DNA of 64,000 nt from Octopus bimaculoides (Eukaryota): the NCBI RefSeq assembly GCF_001194135.2, contig NC_068983.1, positions 109,225,781-109,289,780 of the forward strand, written 5' to 3'. A model generated the notes under the pieces. The model saw only the letters and a list, made by a program, of their open reading frames with translations, did not search any database and was not told where the DNA came from. Below are positions 35,328 to 48,400 of this stretch, one piece after another. Every line of letters begins with the position of its first letter. The stretch's first letter is position 1. Made by a program: the position numbers and the translations under genes.

Positions 35328-35644
35328 GCTAAGATTGATCTGCATGGTGTAAAAAAATGTGACATGATGCATCAAAACAATTTGAGTAGAAGAAACAGAA
35401 CCATAGAAGAAATAAATCCTGTAATCATCAGACACATTTTCCCAATCCCAAGCAAAATCTGAATCAGCAATGTCCCCACTGTGACTTCATAGCAAAATCC
35501 ATGCCTGGACTCAGATTACATTCACACATCCATCACAAATAGATATAGCTTCTTTTATTTTTAAAATTGTTCTTTTTCTTCAAGTCCTCACCTTCAAACA
35601 CTCACATGTTGAAAGTGAAAGTTGTAATCATCATTATTCCTCAT

Positions 35645-36231
35645 CGTCATCATCATTTAACATCCTTTTTTCATACTGGCATAGGTTGGTAGTTTGACTG
35701 AAGCTGAGACACACCAGGTTCCATTGTCTGTTCTGGCATGGTTTCTACAGCTGGATGCCCATCCTAACGCCAACCACACCACAGAGTGTGCTGGGTGCTT
35801 TTAACATGGTACACACATGAGTGCTTTTTATGTGGGACCAGTACCAGTATCGATTTAGCTGTGATAGATGGGTCTTCTTGATGTCTTAGTCCTTAGTCAT
35901 CTCCTTTGTAAGGCTAAATGTCTTGATATCAGCCTTCAGTACTTTGTCCCATATCTTCCTGAGTTTCCCTCTGCCACAAGTTCCATCCACTTTAAGCACT
36001 TCTTTTGCAACTGTCTACATCTGAACATATCACATGACTAGACCAGTGTAGTCTTCTCTCTTGCACACTGCATCCAATTCCTCTTTTGCCCAACTTTTCC
36101 CTCAAAACACTAATGCACTGTCACACATGTACACTGGCATTGCACATTCAGCTGAGCATACTCAGTTCATTCCTCTCTAGCCGTTGCATGTCTTCTGCAT
36201 TCAGGTCCTATATCTCACTACCATGGAGCAT

Positions 36232-36232
<1 letters not shown>
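35645..36232 (-). mobile_element. RTE-clade LINE 3' end (C-terminal ORF plus 3' UTR with (ATG)n tail)
   Basis: Minus strand MLHGSEI..LNAEDMQRLERNE.SMLS*M..LREKLG..IGCSVQERRLHWSSHV..RGKLRKIWDKVL; 3' UTR GGTTGGCGTTAGGATGGGCATCCAGC..ATGTTAAATGATGATG. Confidence 0.92.
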
Positions 36233-36277
<45 letters not shown>

Positions 36278-37899
36278 CTCTACCTCTGGTATTTGAGTAC
36301 TCTTTTTTCCACCTTGTTGCACATTTATGTGCTTACTCCGGTATATATATATATATATATATATATTTAAGTTTATTATACTAACAAGAACTAAACAATC
36401 TGAAACAAAATTTCATAATTCACACCAGACAACCCATCAAAATATACCAAACCTAAAAGACACATATAAGTATTTTATGATAATTGTTGCCAATGCCTAT
36501 CGCAACTTTAATCAAGATGTGGTAAAGGGCATCATTAATAATAAAGTTTATAGCTACATTCAAAACTTAACTAAGATTCAAGAAAAACCTCATATCTTTT
36601 CATAAATTAAAAAGAAAATGTAAATTCTAAATCATCAATTCGATTTACTTTCAAATCACAAACACAACAAAAATTTTTTCAAATCATCAACAGAAAGTTT
36701 GTAACATAAATATATGTAATGACAGACTATTTTTATTCTAATGAAGCAATACATTTACTCATTTCAGAAGAAACTGAGATCAAAGTTTAGCAGTGAGTAT
36801 GAAATGAAATTCACATAAAATTCACATAAAATTTAAAACATATATGCTCAAAAAGCAATGGGAAACTTCCTAACTGCACTTGACAGAATTTGCACACAAC
36901 ATGTGAACTATATATTCCTTATATAAAGATCCTAAAATCTAATCACTTAACTGCCTATGAAGTTTGTTATTAGATCCATAATTTTTTGTTTGGCTAGTTA
37001 ACCAATTATTAAGAAATAAAAATTTATACTAAACCTGTGATATTTAAACTATCAAAAATAGTTTTGATTTTTGAAACGAAGAATTGAATATGTTAAAGGT
37101 CAATTTGATAATGTCAAATCACCTGCAAGAGTAAAAAGCATGGAACAAGATAAATTACATTGATTTGGAACAATAAGGAATGCTACTTTCTCTCACCGAC
37201 TATTAGATAATTATTGTAATGCAACTTTTGTATCATTTGTACAACACATTAAATAAAATAGGAATAAATCATGTCTATTAGCATACATTACTATCTTCAT
37301 GATAATGTCACTGAGGAGGAGTTTAAAGAAGTATTGAAATATATGGATTTGGAAATAAAGATATCTAAATTCTGATGATAAAAAAAATGTTGATTCTACC
37401 AGCTCTATACGAAAATATGCAACAACCTGATATTCCCAGAAATTGAATATCAAGACAAAGCAAAATGAACTAACTTTAAACAAGACCATTGCTATGCAAG
37501 ACAATGATTATGGACAACAATACAAGCAATGATAAAATTAATCATTCTAGCCTAGATGTTTATGATAAATGCTTTAGCATATGTTCAAGCAACAAAGTAT
37601 TCACAAAAAGAGTACCAGAAACAGTATCTGCTCAAAAGTTTACATTTCCCATCCAATATCTGTTTCTTACTTCTAATATCCATAGAATACAGTGAATGCT
37701 AAAAGTGAATGAAGATTAATAGGATAAATATTTGTTAGTTTTAAAAATACACCACCCCAGCTATATTATATACAGTGTAAACTAGCATCTTAAAACAAAT
37801 GAGATTTGGAGTTGAAAGAAATGAATATTTAAGATAATAAGTAAACTCAGATAAATTAGGTAATGTGTGGTGATTTATAATAAATAAAAATGTTATCTC

Positions 37900-39900
37900 A
37901 GAAACAGAAAAATTACAACCAACTCATATGAAGATTACATAAAACAAAAGAAGTTACCATCCAATAAAGCACCTACAAACCAAGAAAAGCAGTACAATAA
38001 GACAAATAGAACAAGTAGATAAGCCCTCACATCCCTCAGAAAATAATGCAATATAACTGTCCGCATATGAAAAAGACAAGTCATTATAACTGAATTAAAA
38101 CAGACAGAGAGAGAAAGAAACAAAAGGAAAAAATAAAAGCCGAAGCTTATGATCACTCAGGAACAAGCATTTGAATTCATAACCAAAACAAAAACATAAT
38201 TTTTCTCCCACATAACAACAGAATAATAAAACATATCACAATAGGAAAAATCAGGAGGAAACAATACACAATAAACAGAAACAGTAAACACAATAGGAAA
38301 AGAACCAACTATAATAAAATCAATCACCATGGATCAATGAAAACACCTTCTGAATGAAACAACAAAAAAGGTAGAAAATATTATCAAAATACAACTATGC
38401 TCCCCAAGAAAATATTTCCACAGAAGAAAATCCATATATTAATATGCTAAATAACTTAAATTACTCAGCAGCCATGGAAATATCAAAGAAGACTGGGTTG
38501 GATCAAAGTCACTCCTCACCCAGTCCTTTCAAAGATACAGTGGAATGAAAATACAGTATAAGATCAACAAAAAGAGAAAAAAGCTATCACTCAACAAAGA
38601 GAAAATGTTTGCAGAGTAGGTGGAACATGAAATAGCAAAGACAAAAATGGGAATTATATTTAGAAAATACAGCGGTAAGAAGCTGGAAGATATTCAGGAA
38701 ATGAAAAAATTTAAGCAACATATTCTAGCAATGTCATGCAAACTAAGATGCTTTGAAAAATTTGAGCACTTCTATTAAATTTTGTATTTGAAACAAATAT
38801 ATAGAAATTACATTGGGTTAATGTATCCATTTTCTCCACCCACTAATCTTGGGAAGATTGTGGGAGTAGTTATCAGACACCTCCTCCATAGGGTTAAACC
38901 AGAAGCAACTGTCATTACACTTTCTGGTTGGATTTCCAAGCATGACCAGCTGAAACTGTGGATATTATTCAAATATCTCATTCTTGGTGTACCCTTAAGT
39001 CTCAATTCAATTATATTATAAGAAAATATTGGGTCGAAATTACAAAAGAAAACTGATGCACGATGAAAAAGAATCTAAGTATAATTATATGGGAACTTGG
39101 AAATGCTATTGCAAATTGATTATGTTCTCAATTTCTGGTTAAACTACCTAACTAGAGTCAATGAATTCATAATACATTAGCCTGAATGGAATTAAAACCT
39201 GAGGTCATTAGAAAGGGATGCAATTTTATTCAACCCACCCCCTTCAAAATCCTATTGACTAATAACTGTTTACCAAGAATATGCAAAATCTGACATCTAT
39301 TCTCTCTGACAGGTAACTAACTATCCAGAGGATATCTTAACTAATCCCAGAAAAGTATTGAATGATTTCAAGGAAGTGATAACAGTACACCAATTAGTAA
39401 TTAAAAACTACCTAAGTACAAACCCTAATCATAATCACAGTGTAGTATGATTGCCAAAATATTTACAACATCCTGGAACATTCTGGAATAGTGGAAAGAC
39501 TGTACATGAACAAATATCTCCTATATTAAGTATGTATATCAATCACAGCATGTTAAAACAGACAATATCAATAACTTTGCAAGATAAAGTGGTTACAATA
39601 AAAAAAAAATCATCCTTATCCCCACCCCCACTTCAAAAGAAAGAAACAATTTTTTTTGTTAGACTCTTTATCCCTACAATTCTACAGTAATCCTTTGACT
39701 CTGCTAACAAACTTCTGGAAGCAAATCACCAGTGCCTACAAATCCAATGGATAATGTACAAAACCTCCACTTTACAAATAATTTAAACCATATAAAAGAA
39801 AGAAAATGCAGATTGAAAACCTGTTAAAACTGAACATGGATTCAGTAATACTATCAAAATCACTGTAAGAATTTTATGAGTGCACCACAGTTACTCTTAG
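37900..39900 (+). mobile_element. Very decayed R4/Dong-like element (N-terminal region to RT)
   Basis: NNLNYSAAMEISKKTG, INKKRKKLSL, KQHILAMSCKLRCFEK and DSLS..NPL.. pieces are colinear with R4-type ORFs; boundaries approximate. Confidence 0.45.
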
Positions 39901-40075
39901 AGTGAACTGATTAAAACTCAAAATATTAAGTTAGATTTTTATACAAAAGTTAGTGAACTAAAATGAACTACCTGTACAAGTATTTAGATATAAAGGAAAC
40001 TGATGAGACAAAACATACATAAATGAAGAGATGAAGAATAAGTTCAATTTTAAAAACCAAACACAATGCCAAAGT

Positions 40076-40108
<33 letters not shown>

Positions 40109-40264
40109 GAACATGTCCACTTTTCCATTCTTGCATGATCTAGATATCCTATAGTCTGAATTAGTTTTTATTCAGAGTTATCCCTTTCTAGATAACTTGG
40201 TTCTTTCCAGGTAAGCTGATATCTGACTGTTTGAAGATGTTTTTAAAAGTGACTAGTAGAGACT

Positions 40265-41010
40265 TCTCTTCAAAATCAATAAAATTTGGCCTCATGGTGT
40301 TATCAAATACCTGTAGAAAAAACCTTTAGCCCATTAAGGACATTCATGCTGACATGGCTGCTACATTAGGGAAGATGCTCCAGCTATGTCAACAATGCAA
40401 AAACGGGCAGCTGAATTTAGGAGGGAAAGGGGAGTCTTGAAGATGACCCGAGGACTGGATGTCCTGCAACTGTCACCACTGAAGAAAGCATTGGTTGCGT
40501 TCACCTCATGGGGATTGATGACAAGCAATTTACTTACACAGGCTGATCACATCACAAGAAAATCTAACATTATTTCAGGCAGATCCAGCTGGTAACATCC
40601 CTCCTCACCTGCTCCAAAGAAGGCCAAAATCATTTCATCTGCAGTGATGTTAATGACCTCAACTTTTTGGGATACAAAAGGCATTGTGTTTATTGACAAT
40701 CTTCATACAAAATACCATGACAACTTGCTGACACGAAACGCTATTAAGACCAAGCACTCATGAAAACTGATGAAAGAGGTCTTGTTTCATTAGGACAATG
40801 CTCCAGTTCACAAGTCCTTGCTTTCAATGACTACTGTGGGTGGCTTGGCTTTGGACTGGTTGATCATCATCTCTATTCTCATATAAAGAACACTTGGCTG
40901 AGAACCAGTATTGCAGTGATGATGATGTCATATCTGCTGTTGATGACTTTTTTGACCAACAAGATGAAAGCTTCTTCACAAAAGGGATGCAAGCACTGTA
41001 TCTATATTAA
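40265..41010 (+). mobile_element. Mariner remnant, irritans-like subfamily, multiple deletions
   Basis: GVIKYL..KDIHADM.ATLG..KRAAEFRR..SLEDDPRTG.PAT..; FWDTKGIVFID; VLFH*DNAPVHKS; DDDVISAVDDFF. Confidence 0.88.
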
Positions 41011-41177
41011 TAAAATTGGTTTGGTAAGACTCATGTGTCAATCTGCTATAGTCACTACACCTTCCTCCTCCCTCAACTACAAAGATTTTAGCGTTTCAAT
41101 AGATAATAAAGGAAAAATATGATGCAGATTGTCTGCTGATATCAGCGTGTGTGTGTGTGTGTGTGTGCATGTGTGCA

Positions 41178-41460
41178 TGCATCTAACTGTATGAGACAGT
41201 GTGTTCGAGTGTGTTTGTGTGTCTGTATTCATAACTGTATGAGACTATGTATTTGTGTGCATGAACATAACTGTATGAGACTGTGTGTGTGCATGCACGT
41301 ATACTTGTATGAGACTGTGTTTGTGTGTGTGTGTGTGTGTGCATGCACGTATACTTGTATGAGACTGTGTGTGTGTGTGCGCATAACTGTAGGAGACTCT
41401 GTGTATGTGCTTGTGTCTGTGCGTATAGCTGTGTGAGACTGTGTGTGAGAAACAATAACT
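41178..41460. repeat. Minisatellite: ~7 units of core TA(A)CTGTATGAGACT separated by variable (TG)-rich spacers
   Basis: Repeated ACTGTATGAGAC / CTTGTATGAGACTGTG seen directly. Confidence 0.85.
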
Positions 41461-41754
41461 GAATGTGTATCTGTATGTTTAACATACAGACTGCATATGG
41501 AATGTCTGCTGGTATCTGTGTGTGTGTGAGTTGTTATCTGTGTACGTTTGTGGAACAATATAAGACTATAACTGTCTGCTGATATCTGTGAATATGTGTG
41601 TGTGCTTATACATGTATGCATGTGTTTATATATAAAATGAATAGACTGTATATGTAATAATATGTGACTGTGTTTGAGTGTGTATGTGCATATGTCATTA
41701 TCTGTGTATGTTTGTGTAACAATAGGAGATATGCAATTATCAACTGGTATCTGC

Positions 41755-41893
41755 TAGTGTGTGGCTTAGAGATTAGAGTATTCAGCTTATGATCATGAGT
41801 TTGAAAACCAGCAGCATGTTGTTACACAGTATTCCTCCAGTTCACTCAGCTGGTAAAAGTGCGTTGTACCTGTAATTCACAAGGGCCAGCCGA
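41755..41893 (+). mobile_element. SINE family-C-type head, degenerate
   Basis: GTGGCTTAGAGATTAGAGTATTCAGC..CCAGTTCACTCAGCTGG..CAAGGGCCAGCC. Confidence 0.65.
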
Positions 41894-41894
41894 G

Positions 41895-41971
41895 TCAAAA
41901 ACATAAACCTCATTTGGTCACATTCCATGAGAGTATCTTGGTCAGCCTGTGAACTTTTCTGCCAACCCTCA
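41895..41971 (+). mobile_element. Mariner right terminus (TIR) followed by TA
   Basis: ATAAACCTCATTTGGTCACATTCCATG..TTGGTCAGCCTGTGAACTTTTC nearly identical to 63063-63131. Confidence 0.88.
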
Positions 41972-42039
41972 TATCTATGTGTGACACATGCCTGTAAGGT
42001 TACTCAGACAATCTAATTACATTCAAATGAAAAATCTGA

Positions 42040-42170
42040 GTAATTTCACTGGTATCTTGATATTATTAAAAAAAAAAAAAAATGTCCAGAACAAAGTTGA
42101 AAATCTATCCAAATTCAAAGACCTCAAGATAGAGATACCAAGAGAATTCAATGACACGGGTAATATTTGA
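42040..42170 (+). mobile_element. R4/Dong-like RLE fragment
   Basis: NVQNKVENLSKFKDLKIEIPR resembles the KE.EKLSKYKDLEIEI motif. Confidence 0.6.
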
Positions 42171-42899
42171 TGCACTGGATAAATAAGAAAAATTAAAACT
42201 TTAAGCACCTTGTTATTTTTTTGTAACTGCTCATAATCTAAAAATTAGCTCTTCTTGGCATAGCACACATTTTACATATTAGCCTCTCAATTCAGTAACA
42301 ATACTTTCAGAGCTCATACTCAAAACAATTATTTCTTATTGTTATAAATACTTTCACAAGAAGCAACAGTAATAATAAAACAATGTCAAACAAACAAAAA
42401 TATTTTTAAAAACTAACCTGGTAATGCTGAATATTGGATTTAACAAAAATATCTTTCCATTTCTTTATAAAAAAAATATTTCCCACACCTTAAGAACACA
42501 GAAATATATTGGTAAACATGCATAATATTTATGGAAAAAAATCGTTTACGTGGAAGTATATCTTACAAACAAAATTGTTTTTATAATAAATACATTACTT
42601 TTCCATAAAGCTTGCTTTGAAAAGAATTAATCCTAATGAATATATGTCTAACTCAAAATACATATAGTTTTCTGTATCTTCAACCAACTGAAGGTATAGT
42701 AATATTCTCTTTTCTTATTAATATGCAGATAACAGATTTATAAAATGATTTTATTCTTGGAAGTACCAACACTAGATTTCTGACTGCTTGCATTAAGCAG
42801 TCTTTTAAACATGAAGCTTCTCATAGCTATATGATAAAATATCAACTAGACATATTAAAAACTTGGAAAATTCCTAGAAACTTCAGAAGATTATGACTA

Positions 42900-43400
42900 A
42901 CATACTATTAGAACATAAATTATAACCGTGCCAAGTTTTAATAGTAATATAATCCATATAAATTTGGAAATATAAAAGATACTACATGCAGAAACTCTTC
43001 AAGATATTGATCAACAATATGGAAAACAAATTTACAGTGTGCCATTAAGTTAAAAAAAGGGTCACCAAGGCATTATTTGCATTCTAATGAAACTCAATAT
43101 GGAACAATATAGAAAAGATATATACACTGTGACAAAATGTGTGTCCAACCATAAAACCTAAAACAATATTAAACTAATATAACAGAAAATATTCTGAAAA
43201 TTAACAAAATAATCATAATCAAATGGAAAAAGATAAATACGAAATACTTTCAAAATGATAAACATCTACTCAACAAAAAATTGTGACAAAACTAAATCTC
43301 AAGAGGTAACAGAAGAAAACAGCCAGTAGTCAGCAGCAATAAGGACATGAAAATCAATAAGACATGGAAATGATAATCAAAAAGATATAGCAATCTCCAC
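42900..43400 (+). mobile_element. Possible decayed L1-like 3' end
   Basis: A-rich; KDTTCRN..MENKFTVC Cys motif only. Confidence 0.3.
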
Positions 43401-43802
43401 ATTACATATAATAGGTAAGACTCTTCCAAAATCATCTCTCTTTTTCTTCACTAGGTTCATGAATACTCACATACACACACACATATATGCATATATATAT
43501 ATATGGTTCAAAACTATCCCCGCAAAATTACAAAAAATATAGCCAAGTGAAAGAACAACAAACGGTTTATTAGTTTGAAACTCAGAAAAAATGGAGGGAG
43601 TCTCTGACATTTCAAGTCCATACTCTTCTGCAGAAAGAAATGAGAAGAGAAGACAGTTGGAGAAGAAAAAAATGGAGGGAAAAAAATGTGTCTGAATTAA
43701 TAAGGCTACCTGTACGCCAAATACATAAGTACTTTCAATAGCTTCAAGCCAACAAGGCTTCTGTTCCTGACAATGACTTTTTCATTCCCCTCAAAAAATG
43801 CT

Positions 43803-43905
<103 letters not shown>

Positions 43906-43949
43906 TTCTGTCTTTGATATAATGCTACAGTGTATCCAACTTTTTTGAA

Positions 43950-44580
43950 GAAGTGTAATTCACCAGCCAACATCAATTATTGACCTATCATGCACACATA
44001 ATCTCTACAGTGATGGAGAGAGTTCATTAACCATACAACCATATTCTCCATCACCTTGAACTCAACTCCCTACTTAGTAATCACCAGTACAGCTTTAGTG
44101 AAACCAGATGTCCCTGAGGCCAGTGATTGCACCACTGTTGCATGAGCTGACACATACAATCAAGCTTGGTATGCATTGCGATTCAGCTTTGTATCTGACA
44201 CGTTTTCATTTACACATCAGCAACTGACCTACATTCATCTTCAGTTATGTACATTGCTATGAAATTGATATAACCTTCAGTCCTTCCTGATCTTCCACTA
44301 CCAGTTGTCATTTACATGCATCCAAGGCACCTCATATCAAATTTGCACTGACTTCATGATAATGGAGCTCAAACACATCTTTTAGTAGGGTTATATCAAT
44401 CTTTTTGTCTTCAATGTACAGACACAGTCACTACATATATCAAGGAATCAGTCGAGTAAACTCCACTCTAAACATGAGCAATATGTAACCAGAAACTGCT
44501 ATGTCACTACAAATGTTCAGGATCACCATGACTGAGGATTCCCCGAAATAATTGCGCATTCCCCTCATAGCAAAGACTAC
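43950..44580 (+). mobile_element. Decayed CR1/L2-like RT fragment
   Basis: PANINY*PI..HHLELNSLLSNHQYSF motif typical of CR1-group RT domains 1-2. Confidence 0.5.
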
Positions 44581-45401
44581 GGATCATTGTGGTGTTCATC
44601 ACTGTTTACAATTTTGTTCCAACTGTATTTAAATTTGGTATATGGATTAAGTTTTGTATACTAATTATGAAAATGAAGTTCATTTTTCCTATAAATCCAT
44701 AATTAAAAATTTATTAGCCTTTAAAATTTGTAAAATGTAGGTATTTTAGCCAATCAGAAGCGAGTATTTTACACACCACTGTGGTGAAGAACTCTGTTTC
44801 CATAGTAACCAAAAATGCTGCACATGTGCACAAGGAATGTAACCACCAAATTGATTGTAAACAACAAAGTGAGAGTACCTGGGCATCTTTAAAGCATGAA
44901 AACAAATGCCAGTGTTGACTCTTATCTTTGTGAGTTTATGTGGAGATGATGGAGGTATGAGAAAGATAATTTATTTTATAAAATCCTAGAGTGTATTGCT
45001 AACTTTCATTCTTGAATTTTTTAAAACTAATAAATGTCTGTTTTAAGCAATGTTTCGACTGCTATTTCTAGCAACTCCTGTTGGTTTGTTCATAGCTTTT
45101 AAATAGTTAATTTGCTCGTGGATGTTTTCCTGTTTTTCAGTTTACTGTAGCTAGTTTAATGTTTTGACATGCTGACCACCCCCTCCGCGATGATGGAAGA
45201 GGCAGCGAATGCACTGTTTTTTGTTTAGGCTAAAATTATCGAAATTATAAAAATTTGAACACCTGTAACAGTTTTGCAAATTTTTTCTGGAATAAATGAA
45301 CAACAAATTCGGATTCAGCATCAAAAATTACATCTATATGATACATTGAAAAATATTTTTTTAAAGATAATTGTAAACAGTGACGAAAACCACAAAGATC
45401 C
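44581..45401 (+). mobile_element. Internally deleted Merlin (IS1016/IS1595-like) DNA transposon with both TIRs and TSD
   Basis: 33-bp TIRs GGATCATTGTGGTGTTCATCACTGTTTACAATT (3 mismatches); 8-bp TSD AAGACTAC at 44573-44580 and 45402-45409; transposase C-terminal remnant QQSESTWASLKHENKCQ / VDSYLCEFMWR*WRYEKDNLFYKILECIA (44862-45015). Confidence 0.9.
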
Positions 45402-48400
45402 AAGACTACACAAAATCCAGCCTTCCTTTTCGTTGATAGAAAATGCTTCAGTTTGGCTTCTAACTGATTTGTATAAAGATATTCAAAAACATATTCCAAT
45501 CTTTTGCCCCCAGATTTTCTGTTTTCATACTTTGCCTCAACTACATTAACTCTGCACCCATTCCACTTTCACTGAACCTACTAGACTCACTAGTCTACTT
45601 TTCTCTCACCTATACTGTGTTCTCTCTCTCCCATCTGTTTTGGAGGACTTGCAAACTATGTGATAAAAGTAATTGCAAGAAATACTGAGTGAAACTACAG
45701 AAAAGGTTTTAGAAAATTCAGTACAGACTACATTCAGTTAAATACATATTGTTAGAAATGACTCATGAATAAAACAATCCAATGCTGCACTGTATGTAAT
45801 AAGAGATAAGGAAAACATAAATGAATTTGCTATATGCTATCTTATTATATACATCAGTTTACATAATAGTACATAATAATGAAAGAAGGTAAAATTGATA
45901 GAAATATAAATTACTTGAACTGGTCAGTAAACATTAAATACAAAAGGACATTAACTGAAGAAAAAACAACAATATTATCCTAAGTCAAAAAAAAAAAAAG
46001 GAAAAATCAACAAATATGAAATTGAAGGTGATTAGGTGACAGGACTGGGAAATGAATAAATAATTCACATAAAATTAAATTTTTGGTCGTAAAAAATTTT
46101 TTTTACATTATGTACTTCTTGAATTCATCTTAAAATATAGCATGAAACAAAACACTATTAATTTTTTTATTATTTTTATTACATTGCCATTCATATGTAA
46201 TTTTCAATTTATTTATTTTAAAAATATATCTTATAGAACTCTAATACAAAAATTCAATTATGAGTTACATAGAAAATAGTTGAAATATTTATCGCAAAAT
46301 ATATTGCAAAATATGTGTATGAAAACATCACAATTTGAGAAAAAAAGTTGATAACAAGTGAAATGAATCAAACCATATCTTTTCTGCTTGTCAAGTTATT
46401 ACACTTTCTTTGAACTGCAATGCTTGTGTGTGTGTGTGTGTGTGTGTATTAGTACATGTTAAAAATATAAGACACTGAAAATTTTGAGTTGTAGTACATG
46501 TGAGAATAATCCACTTACATTTTCATTCATAAAATGTGGGTGGATCAACTTACAAAATCTAATTAAAAGGAAGAATGAGCATGAACATACCACCAAGAAG
46601 TGATAAGAGGTGAAAGTTGAGGGATGTTTTTTTTTCAGTCGAAAAATATAAAATAAATGAGCCTGTAAATGTAAGACAGCTAGGGTGAAATGATTATCAA
46701 GTATTGTATTCTTCATTCTATTCTAGGTCAGATTTCAGAGAATGATAACAAATGAGAATTGTTTCAGAGGATGAGTATTGTGAAAATGAAATTAAAGATA
46801 TCTTTTAACTCCAATTCTTAAGTGTTCCAATTCAACAAACCTTGTAATTTGATTGAAATTATAGCTTTAAAAGTGCAGCTACCTGGGGAAACAGGAAGCA
46901 AGATTCTTTGTCAATAACAAAAGGAATGTTTGTTATTTAAGATTAAACTCAGTAGCTATAATGTAGATGTATGCCAAGTTCATTGTCTTCTTTCTTTATT
47001 TATTTAATTATTTTCTAATCAAGATGTGATTTTTCAAATTTTATTTCATAGATATATGCACAAAAAATGCAACAACATCTAAACTGCAAAATACATAAGA
47101 AATTCCAAAATAGATTCTACATAATCTAATTACAATATGCCTGGATATTTACAATTGGTACAGTACACTTATTTTCCTCTATATAATAACGAAACATTAC
47201 CTTTGTGTCCTTACTAAAGATTAATAGAATAAAAATATTTTTGTATGAAAATACCAAAATCACCGTTAGACTTCAGAGGATACATAAAACTATATTTCTG
47301 TAAATTTTCTAAGGCAATCATTCACAAATTTATCATTTTCAATTATTTTGCTTGATACTATGCTGATGGAACTTCTTAAGTAACAATTTATTTTTAGTTT
47401 ATGGCAATCACATCAATTTCATATTACATTAACAAGAGAAATTTAATCACTGGACTGGTAAAATATAATTTATTGATTAATTCTTTTCATAAAGCATAGG
47501 AATATTGGATATTTCATAAAAGTTTCTTATTTTTACATATTTATTTATGCAAATGAATATCACTATTTTGCTGTTGAGAGATATGACCTTCATCATAAAG
47601 ATCAAAGAAATTATTAATGTCTAACTTTATACTTTTAATAAAATGCACATTTGTTTTCTTTTTCAATTTTGTGTTGTTATTTGAAATGTTACATTAAATT
47701 ATCTCATTCATATTTTTAATTTTGCTGAAAATATTTCAATGATATACAAAAAAAAAAAAAAGATTTAGCGGCATAATATGCATTGAATTTTATAAAATCA
47801 GAGGGTTATACATTTATCAGTGCAGAAGTTCATTTAATGATATATTATTCACTACATTAAGAACATTGTTTAAATTGCTTTCTCTTCATTTATTAAAGAA
47901 TTACCAATGTATTTACTATTTATTTAATTTTTTGCTAGATTGTTTCACATCCATTTGACCAGCTACCATGAGTGGTATAGTTTTGGGAGATTAATTATTT
48001 CTAAAGTTGGATGTCATTCTTATTACTTAGAGGACAAAAGTAAGTAGATTTATAGATGTTTTTCAAAGGGCAACACAATGGTGCTAGAAAGACTTGAACT
48101 TATAACCCTGTGATTAAAATAACAGTTCAACTTCACAAACATTTTCTCTCTCTTTCATAACAGTCGCTAACATACTATGCAAAATGTTGAAAAATTTTCA
48201 AACTCCATCCTAAACTTACTTCTTTCTTCTATTCATAATTTTTCACAATAATCTAATTTCCCACAATAAACTCAGCATTGCTTAATGCTTAGTGATTTTC
48301 ACATTTCTTTTAATGCAAAAGTTAATATAACAGATTTTAATTTCATCTTATCATTGCAGACATCAATCAATTTTAATAAAATAACCTAAGTTGAATTCTT

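Noticed and set aside
41178-41460. CRISPR-like repeat-spacer appearance
   Set aside because: Eukaryotic context, core only ~15 nt and variable, spacers are related low-complexity TG runs, and no cas genes.
48078-48135. tRNA-Lys-like 3' half ending in CCA on the minus strand
   Set aside because: T-arm and acceptor stems do not pair and there is no 5' half; at best a decayed SINE head.
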